Source: a virus (lineage: Duplodnaviria; Heunggongvirae; Uroviricota; Caudoviricetes). Taken from it: a DNA stretch of 64,000 nt. Below are positions 22,831-33,421 of the stretch, one piece after another; the stretch's first letter is position 1; every line of letters starts with the position of its first letter. Both the position numbers and the translations under genes were made by a program. The notes beneath the pieces were generated by a model. That model had not been told where the DNA came from, searched no databases, and saw nothing but the letters and a program-made list of their open reading frames with translations. The stretch lies in the IMG/VR virus record IMGVR_UViG_2778261375_000003. The stretch is one strand, 5' to 3'.

Positions 22831-23460
22831 ATGAACATACCACCCAGGGCGACTAGGACTGTTTTTTGTGTCGGTAGCGGTCCGTCACTCACTCGTGAGG
22901 ACTGTGCTGCTATAGAAAAAACTGGCTGTTCAATCATCGCGGTTAACAATTCCTGGCAGATGTTCGATGACATTTATGCCTTATACGCCGGTGATTTGTC
23001 ATGGTGGAAGCAATACGGATCCACCATACCGGGAGGGAAATTCCGCAAAGTGACAGCCAACCTGGCGGCGGCGAAATCATTTTCGTTGGAGTACAGGCGA
23101 TATTGTGGACCGGCGGAAGGGGTAAATAGCGGCGCGCAGGCTATCAGTCTGGCTGCTGAATCAGGGGCTGAAGTAGTTGTATTAGTCGGCTATGACTGTT
23201 CTCTGCAAAACGGCCTTCATTGGCATGGCGCGCACCCTCAAGCCCTACGGAATCCAACGCAGGTGTCTATTTCAAAATGGCAACAGCAGTTCCTGGATAC
23301 CCGCAAAAAACACGCAGATTTACATATTTTGAATGCAAGTAGGAGCAGTGCAATTCAATGTTTCCCAAGAATAAATTTAGAGGCAGTGATCGCGTTATTA
23401 TCGTCGGCAGTGGCCCAAGCGCCGCAAACTTTGTTGCGCCGCGCGGAGTGCCGATTATAG
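22831..23460 (+). CDS. Hypothetical protein, GSGPS-motif paralogue 1
   Basis: Contains VFCVGSGPSL ... IIAVNNSW; 3' end overlaps the next gene by ~100 nt in another frame. Confidence 0.4.
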   Translation: MNIPPRATRTVFCVGSGPSLTREDCAAIEKTGCSIIAVNNSWQMFDDIYALYAGDLSWWKQYGSTIPGGKFRKVTANLAAAKSFSLEYRRYCGPAEGVNSGAQAISLAAESGAEVVVLVGYDCSLQNGLHWHGAHPQALRNPTQVSISKWQQQFLDTRKKHADLHILNASRSSAIQCFPRINLEAVIALLSSAVAQAPQTLLRRAECRL

Positions 23461-23984
23461 CGGTCAATGGGGCCATCGACTGGCTGAACCGCGCTTCTTA
23501 TTTTTTCACACTTGATCCATCGCCAGACAATATGCGGCGCGTTGGTCGTGGCCGCCGTCGCCGTGGTGTTTGTTATTGCATGGCACTACCCGATGTTAAA
23601 GAACGTGAAGTCAGAGACGGCGTTCTGTGCTTCCGTCGTGTGGCTGAACGTGGCATGGAGCCAAAAAATATGAATTCTCCCGAGTGGTGGGCGTGGCGCT
23701 GGTCCGCACATTTCGGACTTTGCGAAGATGAGAATGAAATTGCCAGCGGCAATAGTGCATATGGCGCTCTGAACCTGGCTTTCCATATCGGATTCAAACA
23801 TGTCGCCCTGGTGGGCGTTGACGCTACACAAGAACCACGCGTTCACTCCGGCGGCACGCCAAAAAATCTAAGTCACCTGCCTTTGTTATTCCAGTCTGCG
23901 CGTGAACAGATTGACGTTGTTTCATGCGGGAAAATGGGAGGTATTCCGCAGATGACTCTTAAAGAATGGCTGAAGAATACATGA
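23358..23984 (+). CDS. Hypothetical protein, GSGPS-motif paralogue 2
   Basis: Contains [10 protein letters not shown] ... [10 protein letters not shown], paralogous to the preceding ORF. Confidence 0.45.
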   Translation: MFPKNKFRGSDRVIIVGSGPSAANFVAPRGVPIIAVNGAIDWLNRASYFFTLDPSPDNMRRVGRGRRRRGVCYCMALPDVKEREVRDGVLCFRRVAERGMEPKNMNSPEWWAWRWSAHFGLCEDENEIASGNSAYGALNLAFHIGFKHVALVGVDATQEPRVHSGGTPKNLSHLPLLFQSAREQIDVVSCGKMGGIPQMTLKEWLKNT

Positions 23985-24658
23985 TGGCACCCACAATTTA
24001 TCACCGTATCGACGGTACCAAATACAGGAATGTCTGGGTTGTTGGTGATCTGCATGGTTGCTACACCAGACTGATGTCCGAACTCCATCGTGTGGATTTT
24101 GACCCGGCGCAGGATTTACTGATATCGGTCGGCGACCTTATCGATCGCGGTACTGAAAATGTCGAATGTCTGGAACTATTACAGATGCCCTGGTTCAGGG
24201 CAGTGATGGGGAACCATGAGCGGCTGATGATTGATGCGTTAAGTCCAGATGGCAACGTGAATAACTGGCTAATGAATGGCGGACAATGGTTCTTCATGCT
24301 GGACACTGATCAGGAAATATTAGCCTGGGCGCTGGTGGAGCTGGTAAAGCGTCTGCCCTATATCATTGAGTTGAACACCGGGCAAGAAACTATCGTTATA
24401 GCCCATGCCGACTATCCGGATAATGAATACCAATTCGGTAAGGAGGTGCCGCTTTTCAACGTTGTCTGGGCGCGCGAGCGTATCAGTGATTCGATGGATG
24501 ATATTGGTGGCGAAATTTCGGGCGCAGATCGTTTTATCTTTGGTCACACTCCGGTGAAAAGCCCGAAGACATTCTGGAATCAGCAGTATATCGACACTGG
24601 TGCCGTATTTTGCGGAAACCTGACATTGATGAAAGTGAAAGGTGATGGTGCAGCATGA
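23966..24658 (+). CDS. ppp: Ser/Thr protein phosphatase (lambda PPase-like)
   Basis: Metallophosphatase motifs VVGDLHG, GDLIDRG, GNHE; start may be the Met at 23981/23984 overlapping the upstream stop. Confidence 0.75.
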   Translation: MAEEYMMAPTIYHRIDGTKYRNVWVVGDLHGCYTRLMSELHRVDFDPAQDLLISVGDLIDRGTENVECLELLQMPWFRAVMGNHERLMIDALSPDGNVNNWLMNGGQWFFMLDTDQEILAWALVELVKRLPYIIELNTGQETIVIAHADYPDNEYQFGKEVPLFNVVWARERISDSMDDIGGEISGADRFIFGHTPVKSPKTFWNQQYIDTGAVFCGNLTLMKVKGDGAA

Positions 24659-25356
24659 AGATTGCTTTAGTTTTTCGCTCTGGTGGTGACTATAACGCTT
24701 CCGATGTGCAGTGGCTGGTTAATCAACTGCCAAAAGGCTATGAAATTATTTGCCTGACAGACCTGAAGCGTTTACATGTACCTGGCGTCAAAGTTGTCCC
24801 ATTGATCAACCAGTGGCAAAAGTGCCGTGGCTGGTGGGCGAAAATCGAGTTGTTCCGACCGGATATAACCGATGATCTGTTCTATCTGGATTTGGACACG
24901 GTTATTGCCGGTGATATACGCCCAATCCTAGAGCATCCACCAACCAGCTTCACCATGCTTAGGGATTTTTACCATCCACAATATCGTGGCAGCGGTGCCC
25001 TGTGGATACCAAATAGTGTTAAAGCGCATATCTGGAGTTCATTCTGGCAAGATCCGGAAGGTTGGATTTCTCGTTGTGTCACTACTGAGTGCTGGGGTGA
25101 TCAGGGGTTCTTACGGAAGGTTATGGGCGATGATACACCAGCATTTCAGGATCTGTATCCAGGATGGTTTGTAAGTTACAAGGCCGATGTTGTGGAACCT
25201 GGTTCAAAATATGCGAGCGCGCGTTACTCCAGGGGGAATGGGGCATTACCAAAAGACTGCCGAATAATCTTTTTCCACGGCAAACCGCGACCTCGCGAAG
25301 TGTCAGAGGATTGGCTTCCCCTTGTCAGCTCATTTTTTGAGCGAGAATCAGAATAA
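24655..25356 (+). CDS. Hypothetical protein, possible nucleotide-sugar transferase (DxD)
   Basis: 233 aa with FYLDLDTVI (DxD-like); weak assignment. Confidence 0.4.
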   Translation: MKIALVFRSGGDYNASDVQWLVNQLPKGYEIICLTDLKRLHVPGVKVVPLINQWQKCRGWWAKIELFRPDITDDLFYLDLDTVIAGDIRPILEHPPTSFTMLRDFYHPQYRGSGALWIPNSVKAHIWSSFWQDPEGWISRCVTTECWGDQGFLRKVMGDDTPAFQDLYPGWFVSYKADVVEPGSKYASARYSRGNGALPKDCRIIFFHGKPRPREVSEDWLPLVSSFFERESE

Positions 25357-25357
25357 T

Positions 25358-25374
25358 ATTGCTCTAATAATTCC
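25358..25374 (+). promoter_or_regulatory. C1-operator-like motif
   Basis: ATTGCTCTAATAATTCC, 2 nt after the preceding stop. Confidence 0.5.
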
Positions 25375-25386
25375 ATATTTTTAAAG

Positions 25387-25412
25387 CGTGATGTACACTC
25401 ATCACGTTTTTT
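25387..25412 (+). terminator. Rho-independent terminator
   Basis: CGTGATG-tacact-CATCACG hairpin followed by TTTTTT. Confidence 0.55.
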
Positions 25413-25423
25413 ATTAGAGCAAT
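25407..25423 (-). promoter_or_regulatory. C1-operator-like motif (inverted copy)
   Basis: TTTTATTAGAGCAAT, the complement of ATTGCTCTAATAAAA. Confidence 0.5.
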
Positions 25424-25657
25424 CTACAAGGTGCACTATGTGGCCATTCCGACGGAAATATCACTACTGGCTGATCGCCTTTGTTACGCCGACCGGCGGT
25501 ATCAGGCATGTCATCACCAGGTATCGCAACAAGAGACTCACCTTAGCCAGAATTTTACAGGCTGCCATAGGTGAGGGACTGGATACAAATTGCGTAGTCC
25601 TTCCTCCTTCATACTTAGGAAAAATGACCGAAGCACAAGCTAATACGGAACTTTGAA

Positions 25658-26920
25658 ATGAGCACTTCAGCACAAAACCAATCAATCGAAAATGTATCTA
25701 TCCCTGACGTCCTGAATGCCGGTATCCCGGCCATTATCCAGAACATCCGGGCCGCGCAACGCCGCGTTAGTTGTGATGACCTCACAGCGCGTTTTTTTGA
25801 TAATGCGGTTCAGTCAGCGGAGATGCTTCACGCACAGCTTATTGATGTTTATAACGCAGAAGCTGATAGCCATAACTCCCTGGTAGATGCAGCTGAAAAT
25901 ATGCAGTTGGATCTCGGTCTGAAGGGTAAAGAAATTGAAGAGCTTCAGCTGCAAATTGAACATTTGAAACGCCAGCAACAGGACGCGATCGACGATGCGA
26001 CGCATGACGCCAACCAGCGTGCTGATAATGCCGAACGTATAAGCATTGAGCTGGAAACAAAACTCAATGAAATGACCGCGATGGTTGAACTGCGGAACTC
26101 ACAGATTTCAACGCTAAAATCTCAATATAAAGAGATCATGAAACTTGATCCTTTTAACCTTGAGAAACGCTATAACAAAGCTAAAAGCGAGCGACAGGAA
26201 CTGCGTAAGCAGGTCGCCGACCTTAACCAACAGCTCAAAAAAACTATTAAAGATGCAAGCGAAGCGCGCGTGGCATTTGCTAATAAAAAAGCAGAGGTTA
26301 CCGCGCTGGTTAATGAGAATGCCAAATTTGCGACGCTCAAGAAGGAAATGTATGGCATTACTGAGCGCCGTTTCCCTGCAAGAAAACTTCATCCGACGTT
26401 AGGGCAAATCTCCTTCTTCCCGCGCCTCCTGGCTTATGGGATCTCATCGCCTAAAGAGTTCAATAACGAGCGTCCTTATATCGTTTCTAAGCTGGACTTT
26501 GCTTATCAGTTCTGCTGCGACATGGGCTATGCCATTGATATCCGGATCAACGAATGGTTGATGCCAAACTTCCAGCCGTTGGCCATTTTCCGCGAGTTCC
26601 AGCCGGAAGGTTGGGTAGAGTTCTTCCATGAATTGATCTGTAAAGAGATGGAAAGCCGCCGCCCGGAACTGGTCCGTCGAGTTGAGTGGGCGCAAGAGGT
26701 TATGTTGGCAGAGGCAGAGCTGCCGTTCGAACCGGAATTCATTGATGATCTGGCAACTAAAGGGCTGCATACCCTGTTTGATGTGGTTACCCGCCGTCAT
26801 GAGCAGTTGGTTGTCGAATTGGGTTTAGAGGAAACAGCGGCAAGAAGACTTCTCGATGTTTGCTATGCACGTAGCGATGCATGGGAAAAAGAGAACGGCG
26901 GCACTATTTACGTTCGCTGA
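25658..26920 (+). CDS. Hypothetical protein with N-terminal coiled coil
   Basis: 420-aa ORF; heptad-rich residues ~60-200. Confidence 0.5.
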   Translation: MSTSAQNQSIENVSIPDVLNAGIPAIIQNIRAAQRRVSCDDLTARFFDNAVQSAEMLHAQLIDVYNAEADSHNSLVDAAENMQLDLGLKGKEIEELQLQIEHLKRQQQDAIDDATHDANQRADNAERISIELETKLNEMTAMVELRNSQISTLKSQYKEIMKLDPFNLEKRYNKAKSERQELRKQVADLNQQLKKTIKDASEARVAFANKKAEVTALVNENAKFATLKKEMYGITERRFPARKLHPTLGQISFFPRLLAYGISSPKEFNNERPYIVSKLDFAYQFCCDMGYAIDIRINEWLMPNFQPLAIFREFQPEGWVEFFHELICKEMESRRPELVRRVEWAQEVMLAEAELPFEPEFIDDLATKGLHTLFDVVTRRHEQLVVELGLEETAARRLLDVCYARSDAWEKENGGTIYVR

Positions 26921-26992
26921 CAGTTACAGTGTCACTTTTAATGCTGGTGGAGTGCGCCCACCAGCATTTTTTTCGTCCAATGAGGAGGGCAT

Positions 26993-27499
26993 TTGAGTAT
27001 TTTCAATAAACACGCACACCAGGAACGTCCGTATATCGTCATAGTTGATATTGATGGAACAATATCAGAGGCAACTGAAGACAGACTGCATTTGCTTCCG
27101 CCACCAGGTAAAGGTGCATTAACAAAGGACTGGAACGAGTTTAATCTCGCCTGTGACACCGATACTCCCATCACTCCAGTTATTGATATGGTGCGCCAGT
27201 TATTTAACGTTTACACGGTCTGGTTTGTAACCGGGCGCTGTGAGATCGCAAGGGATAAAACACGAGCCTGGCTGCGGAAGTACGTAACAAACGGGGCTGA
27301 GCCTTTGCTATCTATGCGTCCTGCCACCGATGACAGAAATGACGGCCCAGCAAAGATTGATCTCCTTAAGAAAATTGGTCTAAGTAAAATCGCGTTCGCG
27401 CTGGAAGATAAGATTGAAGTGGCGCGTGTTTTCAGGAGGAACGGCGTGCTTACGTTAATGGTCAGGGAGTATGAAAATGCGCTTCTTCATCAACAATGA
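26993..27499 (+). CDS. HAD-superfamily phosphatase-like protein
   Basis: VIVDIDGTIS (DxDGT motif I); TTG start per ORF track. Confidence 0.45.
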   Translation: MSIFNKHAHQERPYIVIVDIDGTISEATEDRLHLLPPPGKGALTKDWNEFNLACDTDTPITPVIDMVRQLFNVYTVWFVTGRCEIARDKTRAWLRKYVTNGAEPLLSMRPATDDRNDGPAKIDLLKKIGLSKIAFALEDKIEVARVFRRNGVLTLMVREYENALLHQQ

Positions 27500-27515
27500 T
27501 TGCTCTAATAAATCT
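27499..27515 (+). promoter_or_regulatory. C1-operator-like motif
   Basis: ATTGCTCTAATAAATCT followed by CTTGATTTTTA, the same extension seen at 46545. Confidence 0.55.
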
Positions 27516-27693
27516 TGATTTTTAAAACGGAGAAAGTGAAAATAAAAACATGCCGCAAGGCGCGGCATGTATCCAATCAATCACAGGAGCTGAAAATATG
27601 AACACGGCATTCAAAATCATTATGGCCGCGATCTATTTCTGGCTGTTCTCTATCACTTTTGGCGGCATCGTCGCACATGGGTAAGGGGGATGC

Positions 27694-28422
27694 ATGAAAG
27701 GCGAAGTGAAAGAGCGCGGCATGATTTTCAACGATGAGATGGTCCGGGCCATCCTCGAAGGAAGGAAAACGCAGACGCGGCGGATAATGAAAAATCAGCC
27801 TGCGGAAGTTGGTCCAGAAGCACCAGTGATGGTTAGAAAAATTGGTGCAGGTTTTCAGTGGTACGGGGCTGATGGTGTAAGCAGTGTTTTCAATTGCCCA
27901 TTTGGTATCGTCGGCGATCGAATTTGGGTTCGTGAAACATGGGCGATATTAGGCAATGAGGATGGTTGCAGTGTGGACTGGAACGACAACCTTTGTCGTG
28001 GCGATGAGAAGAACGCAGCAAGGATTTATCGGGCCAGTTGCGAGCAAAAACCTGGTGATTACGGCTTATGGTCGATACCCGATGATGCCGACTGGAAACC
28101 TCACACTGTGAATGAAAAGTTTGATGGTGGGTGGCGTCCATCAATTCACATGCCGCGATGGGCATCACGCATTCTGTTGGAAATTACCAACGTGCGCGTT
28201 GAACGGTTGAACGATATCAGCGAATGCGATGCAAGGGCTGAGGGCGTTCCGCCTGCTGGAAGTTTGCTTCCTGATCACCCGGGAACATTCCTTACTCCCA
28301 AGGGGGATTTCGCAATGGCCAAGGTTGCGTTCCAGCGCCTGTGGGAATCCATCTATGGTGAAGAAAGCTGGAACGCTAATCCCTGGGTGTGGGTAATCGA
28401 GTTTAAGCGCATTCAGGAATAA
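27694..28422 (+). CDS. Hypothetical protein
   Basis: 242-aa ORF immediately upstream of pap. Confidence 0.45.
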   Translation: MKGEVKERGMIFNDEMVRAILEGRKTQTRRIMKNQPAEVGPEAPVMVRKIGAGFQWYGADGVSSVFNCPFGIVGDRIWVRETWAILGNEDGCSVDWNDNLCRGDEKNAARIYRASCEQKPGDYGLWSIPDDADWKPHTVNEKFDGGWRPSIHMPRWASRILLEITNVRVERLNDISECDARAEGVPPAGSLLPDHPGTFLTPKGDFAMAKVAFQRLWESIYGEESWNANPWVWVIEFKRIQE

Positions 28423-28425
28423 ACC

Positions 28426-29304
28426 GTGAGTATGCATCAAGTCGTCAGCTTTTCAGGTGGACGAACATCGGCTTATCTCGTTCATCTGATGGAAGCACAG
28501 CGAAAAGCTGGCGCTAGCGTCCATTTCATTTTTATGGATACCGGCTGTGAACATCCTCTGACGTATCGCTTTATTCGTGAGGTTGTGAAGTTCTGGAACG
28601 TACCGCTAACGGTGTTGCAGGTCGATATAAATCCAGAACTTGGGCAGCCAAATGGTTATACGGAATGGGAACCAAAGGATATTCAGACGCGAATGCCGGT
28701 GCTTAAACCGTTTATGGACATGGTTAAAAAGTACGGTACGCCATACATCGGCGGCGCGTTCTGTACCGACAGGCTAAAACTCACCCCTTTCACGAAATAT
28801 TGCGATGACCATTTTGGGCGAGGGAATTACATCACATGGCTCGGTATTCGTGCGGACGAACCCCGTAGGCTGAAACCGAAACCGGGCGTCCGGTATCTTG
28901 CCGAACTGTCAGATTTTGATAAGTCGGATGTTATCCGGTGGTGGCGAAAACAACCTTTTGATTTGCAAATCCCGGAGCACCTCGGGAACTGTGTTTTTTG
29001 CATCAAAAAGTCAACGCAAAAGCTGGGGCTTGCATGTAAAGACGAACCAGGTCTGATGCGGGTTTTTAATGAACTGGTTACAGGCAAACACGTCAGGGAT
29101 GGTCATCGCAGAACAGGTAAAGACGTTATGTACCGTGGCCACCTGACGCTTGACGGGATTGCCAGAATGTATGCCGACAGTGACTACAGAAATTTGTATC
29201 AGGCGATGGTGCTGGCCAAGCGGTTTGATACTGGTTCGTGTTCCGAATCATGTGAAATCTGGGGTGACCAATTGGAGTTGAAATTCGAAGAGGTAGTGGA
29301 ATGA
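28426..29304 (+). CDS. pap: PAPS reductase-like (PP-loop) protein
   Basis: N-terminal VVSFSGGRTSAYLVHLM PP-loop motif; 292 aa. Confidence 0.7.
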   Translation: MSMHQVVSFSGGRTSAYLVHLMEAQRKAGASVHFIFMDTGCEHPLTYRFIREVVKFWNVPLTVLQVDINPELGQPNGYTEWEPKDIQTRMPVLKPFMDMVKKYGTPYIGGAFCTDRLKLTPFTKYCDDHFGRGNYITWLGIRADEPRRLKPKPGVRYLAELSDFDKSDVIRWWRKQPFDLQIPEHLGNCVFCIKKSTQKLGLACKDEPGLMRVFNELVTGKHVRDGHRRTGKDVMYRGHLTLDGIARMYADSDYRNLYQAMVLAKRFDTGSCSESCEIWGDQLELKFEEVVE

Positions 29305-29504
29305 CAATCGTAAAAACCCATACCGGTACCGTGATCACCAAAGATGGCCCGAAGGTAAAAAAACTGCACCAAACAGAGCGGATGTGGGTCGTTGGCAAAA
29401 ACGAGTTTTACCACAAAGAAACTGGACGCCGCCATTTTGCAGAAAATACGCGCCGCCGACTGCTGTTAGACACCATCAAGCCTATCGAGGTGAAGCATGT
29501 TTAA
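29301..29504 (+). CDS. Hypothetical protein
   Basis: 67-aa ORF, start overlaps the pap stop. Confidence 0.4.
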   Translation: MTIVKTHTGTVITKDGPKVKKLHQTERMWVVGKNEFYHKETGRRHFAENTRRRLLLDTIKPIEVKHV

Positions 29505-29736
29505 ACAGAACGAAAAAGCTATCGCTCAAATTGCTGATTATATCCCGCGTGCGTGCCGGGGTATGCAGTTGCAGGAAGCCAAAGCGCGCCTGGAGAAAAA
29601 AATTGCGCTCTATATTGATGACGGCTGTGATTCCGCCGTTCTTAACGCGGCGTTCGCACCAGCTCTTAACTGTCACACTCGGGAGTCTTTTTTTTCGTGC
29701 ATCGCAGCGCAACTCCGCCAAGGAGGCAACCAGTGA
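29497..29736 (+). CDS. Hypothetical protein ending AAQLRQGGNQ
   Basis: 79-aa ORF; 3' end contains AAGGAGG serving the next gene. Confidence 0.4.
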   Translation: MFKQNEKAIAQIADYIPRACRGMQLQEAKARLEKKIALYIDDGCDSAVLNAAFAPALNCHTRESFFSCIAAQLRQGGNQ

Positions 29737-30377
29737 GTAACCGTTTTTACATGATGTGCTTGCGTGAAACTGTGGGTAATAACGCCTCATTCCATTGCCA
29801 TAACGGCAATGGTTACAGTTCTGATATCGATCGAGCACATGTTTACACGCAGGAAGAAGCCCAAAAAGCCTGGAATTGTGGTCGAGATATCGATCAGCCT
29901 GTTTGCGCTGATAGCGTGGATGCAATGGCTGTGTGGCACGTTGATTGCCAGTACATCCCTACAGAAAGCCTGATTGAGTCAGATTGCACTGAGTATGTGG
30001 CCTACAAAAAAGGTAGCTGGAACGGCAACGATGTTTACTGGCTTCAACACGGTGGATTGCCAACAGATGACTTCAGTAAAGCGACCATCTTTAGCGTCGT
30101 CAACAAAAACGAACCAGGAATAGTTTGGTTGCCATTTTCCATTGCTGATGCAGCAAAGCGCCGGACGTTCAATATCAATAACTTTAACCGCAGAACAATG
30201 GTTCAGGGCGCAGGTTTGGTCATGCCTGACTGGTTGAAAGAGCAGAACAGAAGAAAGAAGTCGCGAAGCGGGAAGGTGCGTTGGAATTGTCCGCATTGCG
30301 GAAAAATAACCTGGCAGTACAGCCCATATGATTTTGAAGGCTGTAGTGATTACAACTGTGAAGGATGGCGAGAATGA
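29733..30377 (+). CDS. Hypothetical Cys-rich protein
   Basis: GTG start 6 nt after AAGGAGG, overlapping the upstream stop (GTGA). Confidence 0.45.
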   Translation: MSNRFYMMCLRETVGNNASFHCHNGNGYSSDIDRAHVYTQEEAQKAWNCGRDIDQPVCADSVDAMAVWHVDCQYIPTESLIESDCTEYVAYKKGSWNGNDVYWLQHGGLPTDDFSKATIFSVVNKNEPGIVWLPFSIADAAKRRTFNINNFNRRTMVQGAGLVMPDWLKEQNRRKKSRSGKVRWNCPHCGKITWQYSPYDFEGCSDYNCEGWRE

Positions 30378-31027
30378 CAATTGACTATCAGGTACTGCGT
30401 GAGGCGGCAGAAAAGGCAACACCAGACGAATGGGTCGCATTTATTTCGACGGATACTGGTACTTATGCGGTGCACACGCCCGGTGATGAACGATGTGAAG
30501 ACGTTATCAAATGGACCGGCTTTGATGGACAGAAAAATGCAGAGAACAACGCTCGTCATGTTGCCGCGTTCAACCCAAAGGTTGCACTGGAGCTGCTTGG
30601 TGAAATTAAGTGCTTGGAGGACACAAATATTGATGCCACGTGCCGAATTTCAGAGCTTGAGACTAATCTCGCTGCGCTGGTGGCAGAGAACGCTGGGCTG
30701 AAACACGCAATGGCCGTAACTCTTGAGCATGTGTCGGTCACGGATGCAGGGCAGGCCGGAGTTGCTGCAATGATTATCAACGATGCCCTGCACCACAGCG
30801 AAACTCCAGCTACCGATGCTTTCCTGTCTGAAGTGCGGGCGCAGGGGGTGGATGCTGCTATAGAAGCTGCAAAAAATCTGGTGGCCCAAGAATATGAGTA
30901 TAAGGATTTCAAAGCGGCGCAGAGTGATTGCTGTATGCACCCTGGTTCAGACCTGGTAGGGAAGGTTGAAATGACTGAGTGGTTAGTTGACTTTGCTGCC
31001 CAGCTTCGCAAAGGAGGCAACCAGTGA
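30365..31027 (+). CDS. Hypothetical protein (paralogue family, ends AAQLRKGGNQ)
   Basis: N-terminus IDYQVLREAAEKATPDEW; C-terminal tail repeats that of ORF 29497. Confidence 0.45.
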   Translation: MARMTIDYQVLREAAEKATPDEWVAFISTDTGTYAVHTPGDERCEDVIKWTGFDGQKNAENNARHVAAFNPKVALELLGEIKCLEDTNIDATCRISELETNLAALVAENAGLKHAMAVTLEHVSVTDAGQAGVAAMIINDALHHSETPATDAFLSEVRAQGVDAAIEAAKNLVAQEYEYKDFKAAQSDCCMHPGSDLVGKVEMTEWLVDFAAQLRKGGNQ

Positions 31028-31776
31028 GCGAAATTAATTACCAGGCACTGCGTGAGGCGGCGGAACGTGCAATTCCAGCAATGGAACGCCTGTTAATGTT
31101 GCCAGCTGATGATGATTTGTTAAGTGAACAGGAACTTAAAGATTACGGTGTGGATATTGATGCGCTCAACGCCTTCAAATTTCTGACCGGACCAGAAACC
31201 GTGCTGGCGCTGCTGGATGAACGGGAAAGAAACCAGCAATACATAAAACGCCGCGATCAGGAGAACGAGGATATTGCGCTAACGGTAGGGAAGCTGAGAG
31301 TTGAGCTTGAGGAAGTAAAACAACACGCTGAAGAATTATCCGAAACCAAGGCTGTTCGTAACCAATGGCGGCCAGATATTTGCCCAATAACCGGACGTGC
31401 ATTTTTCATGTGGATTGAGCATCCAACATTGGGAAATGTGCCGACATATGGTGGCCCATTAGATAGTTACACCATTCCAACAAAGGACGGTGACGGTGAG
31501 TTTTCATGTGAGCGTTACGATCATGATTTTGGCGGTTGGGTAGAAAGCGAATGTCTTGGGTTATATCTGATTGATGATAGAGAACAATGCAGGGTCTACG
31601 AACTGGAGGAACGCGTTAAGGAACTGGATGCTCGGGAAATATCGCTCCCGGAACGTAGCAGCATGCTTCATCGAACAGATTTTCACGATGATTACCAAAC
31701 GGTAATGGCATACAAAGTTTCTGAAGTCATCGCTGCAATCCGCGCCGCAGGCATTCGCATCAAAGGAGGTGAGTAA
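31024..31776 (+). CDS. Hypothetical protein (paralogue family)
   Basis: GTG start after AAGGAGG; N-terminus INYQALREAAERAIP parallels the previous gene. Confidence 0.45.
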   Translation: MSEINYQALREAAERAIPAMERLLMLPADDDLLSEQELKDYGVDIDALNAFKFLTGPETVLALLDERERNQQYIKRRDQENEDIALTVGKLRVELEEVKQHAEELSETKAVRNQWRPDICPITGRAFFMWIEHPTLGNVPTYGGPLDSYTIPTKDGDGEFSCERYDHDFGGWVESECLGLYLIDDREQCRVYELEERVKELDAREISLPERSSMLHRTDFHDDYQTVMAYKVSEVIAAIRAAGIRIKGGE

Positions 31777-32121
31777 TGCGTGTGGCATGTATCGGCTTGT
31801 TACCGTACCCGACTCGTTTTTGGGCTTCTGCGCTAATTGCAAAGCCGTATGTCCTGATGGCTGACAACATCATCCCGGCACCAAAGCGCCGCCATACCGG
31901 TATTGCAGCGGCACGACGAGCAGCAAAGAGACGCAGGAGAGCAAAGCGATGAAAAACCGTAAGGCAAAACGACTTTTTTTACAGCGACCTGTGCGTGTGG
32001 TGGAGCTGGTTATTAGCAACCATAAGATAGCGGTACTCCATCCATTTGGTCAGGTGGCTTTTGCCGCAAAGCGTAAGCCTACTGCGTCACAGAACAGGCG
32101 GAAGAAAGGGTACGCTGTAAG

Positions 32122-32814
32122 ATGAAAAACCGTAAAGCAAAGATTCTGTTAGTTCGTAGAAACGCTCCTGGCGTCTGGCAGTGGGTGAGACTCAGCAACC
32201 GACGGATGGGGTTGATGAAATATTACGGGATGATGGATTGTGGTTTTTGCAAAAAGCCCAGCGCGGCGCAAAACCGCTGGAAAAACCACTTGCGCACTAA
32301 AGGAGTAACACACCGCGAACTCTGTCAGATTGCGTATAAGTTCCTTAAGCGCAACGGGTTCAAGGTTTGTTTTCATGACCGCTTTATAGCTGTAACCAGT
32401 ACCGGAGAACAGCCAGATGCTATGGGATTCAGAAATTCAGCATCATGCCTGATAGAGGCGAAGTGTTCTCGTGCTGACTTGTTGGCAGATAGAAAAAAGC
32501 GTTTTCGTAAAAATCCATCTCTTGGAATGGGCGACTGGCGATTCTTTATTAGTGAGCCGGGAATTATTTCAGTTGAGGATTTACCACCTGGCTGGGGATT
32601 ACTTCACGTTGTTAACGGAAGAGTACGGAAAGTACATGGGTGGCCCAAGGGTAATTGCTGTTGGGGTAATCCTGACGATAAGCCATTTACTGGAAATAAG
32701 CAGGTTGAATGCGATTACATGTTATCTGCATTAAGGCGCATGGAGTTGAGAGGGCACCTTAATGAAATATATGACGGTGTAATTGTTAATAAGAAAGAAG
32801 GAAACGCAGCATGA
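32122..32814 (+). CDS. Hypothetical protein with PD-(D/E)xK-like motif
   Basis: DAMGF ... CLIEAKCSR resembles a D...ExK nuclease core; a truncated duplicate of its 5' end (MKNRKAK...) lies at 31950..32129. Confidence 0.4.
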   Translation: MKNRKAKILLVRRNAPGVWQWVRLSNRRMGLMKYYGMMDCGFCKKPSAAQNRWKNHLRTKGVTHRELCQIAYKFLKRNGFKVCFHDRFIAVTSTGEQPDAMGFRNSASCLIEAKCSRADLLADRKKRFRKNPSLGMGDWRFFISEPGIISVEDLPPGWGLLHVVNGRVRKVHGWPKGNCCWGNPDDKPFTGNKQVECDYMLSALRRMELRGHLNEIYDGVIVNKKEGNAA

Positions 32815-33197
32815 TCACTATTACCAAAGAACGCCTGCTGACAATCCAGCAGTGGCGCGAAACATACGGACCTGGTAGCAACGTTGTACTGCCAGCAGAA
32901 GAAGCGGAAGAACTGGCACGAATTGCTCTGGCATCGCTGGAAGCAAAACCAATAGGTGCATTCCACATTGCAGAACAGCAAGTTGACGGCACAAGTGACT
33001 ACATCAAGGATGGGGAGTGGCCTATTGATAATGGAATTATTGAGGTCTACGCCGCTCCCCCCGTTCCAGTAGTACCGGAAGAAAAACCAATGCCTAATCC
33101 TCTTAGCATGTACGCGGTTGATGCTGTTGCCGCTATTGCAGAGGTAAGAGGCTGGAATGCCTGCCGCGCGGCTATGCTTCATGGGAAAGGAAAGTGA
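32811..33197 (+). CDS. Hypothetical protein
   Basis: 128-aa ORF. Confidence 0.4.
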   Translation: MITITKERLLTIQQWRETYGPGSNVVLPAEEAEELARIALASLEAKPIGAFHIAEQQVDGTSDYIKDGEWPIDNGIIEVYAAPPVPVVPEEKPMPNPLSMYAVDAVAAIAEVRGWNACRAAMLHGKGK

Positions 33198-33420
33198 TAT
33201 GGCTAACTCATTACTTGAAACCTGCAACAACTGGCAGATTCAGAGGGCGGAGATTTTATCTCGCAATCCAGATATGGCAATGACAATTGATAATCTGGAC
33301 ACGCTAATTGAACGGACCGTGCGTTCTGCAATTGATATAGCACATCGAGTGGATTGGGATTTCAGAGAAGCGGAGCGGCTTGCTAAAGAGCAGGAGAAAG
33401 CAGCGGGTAAAGGAGACTGA
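33157..33420 (+). CDS. Hypothetical protein
   Basis: 87-aa ORF. Confidence 0.35.
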   Translation: MPAARLCFMGKESDMANSLLETCNNWQIQRAEILSRNPDMAMTIDNLDTLIERTVRSAIDIAHRVDWDFREAERLAKEQEKAAGKGD

Positions 33421-33421
33421 T

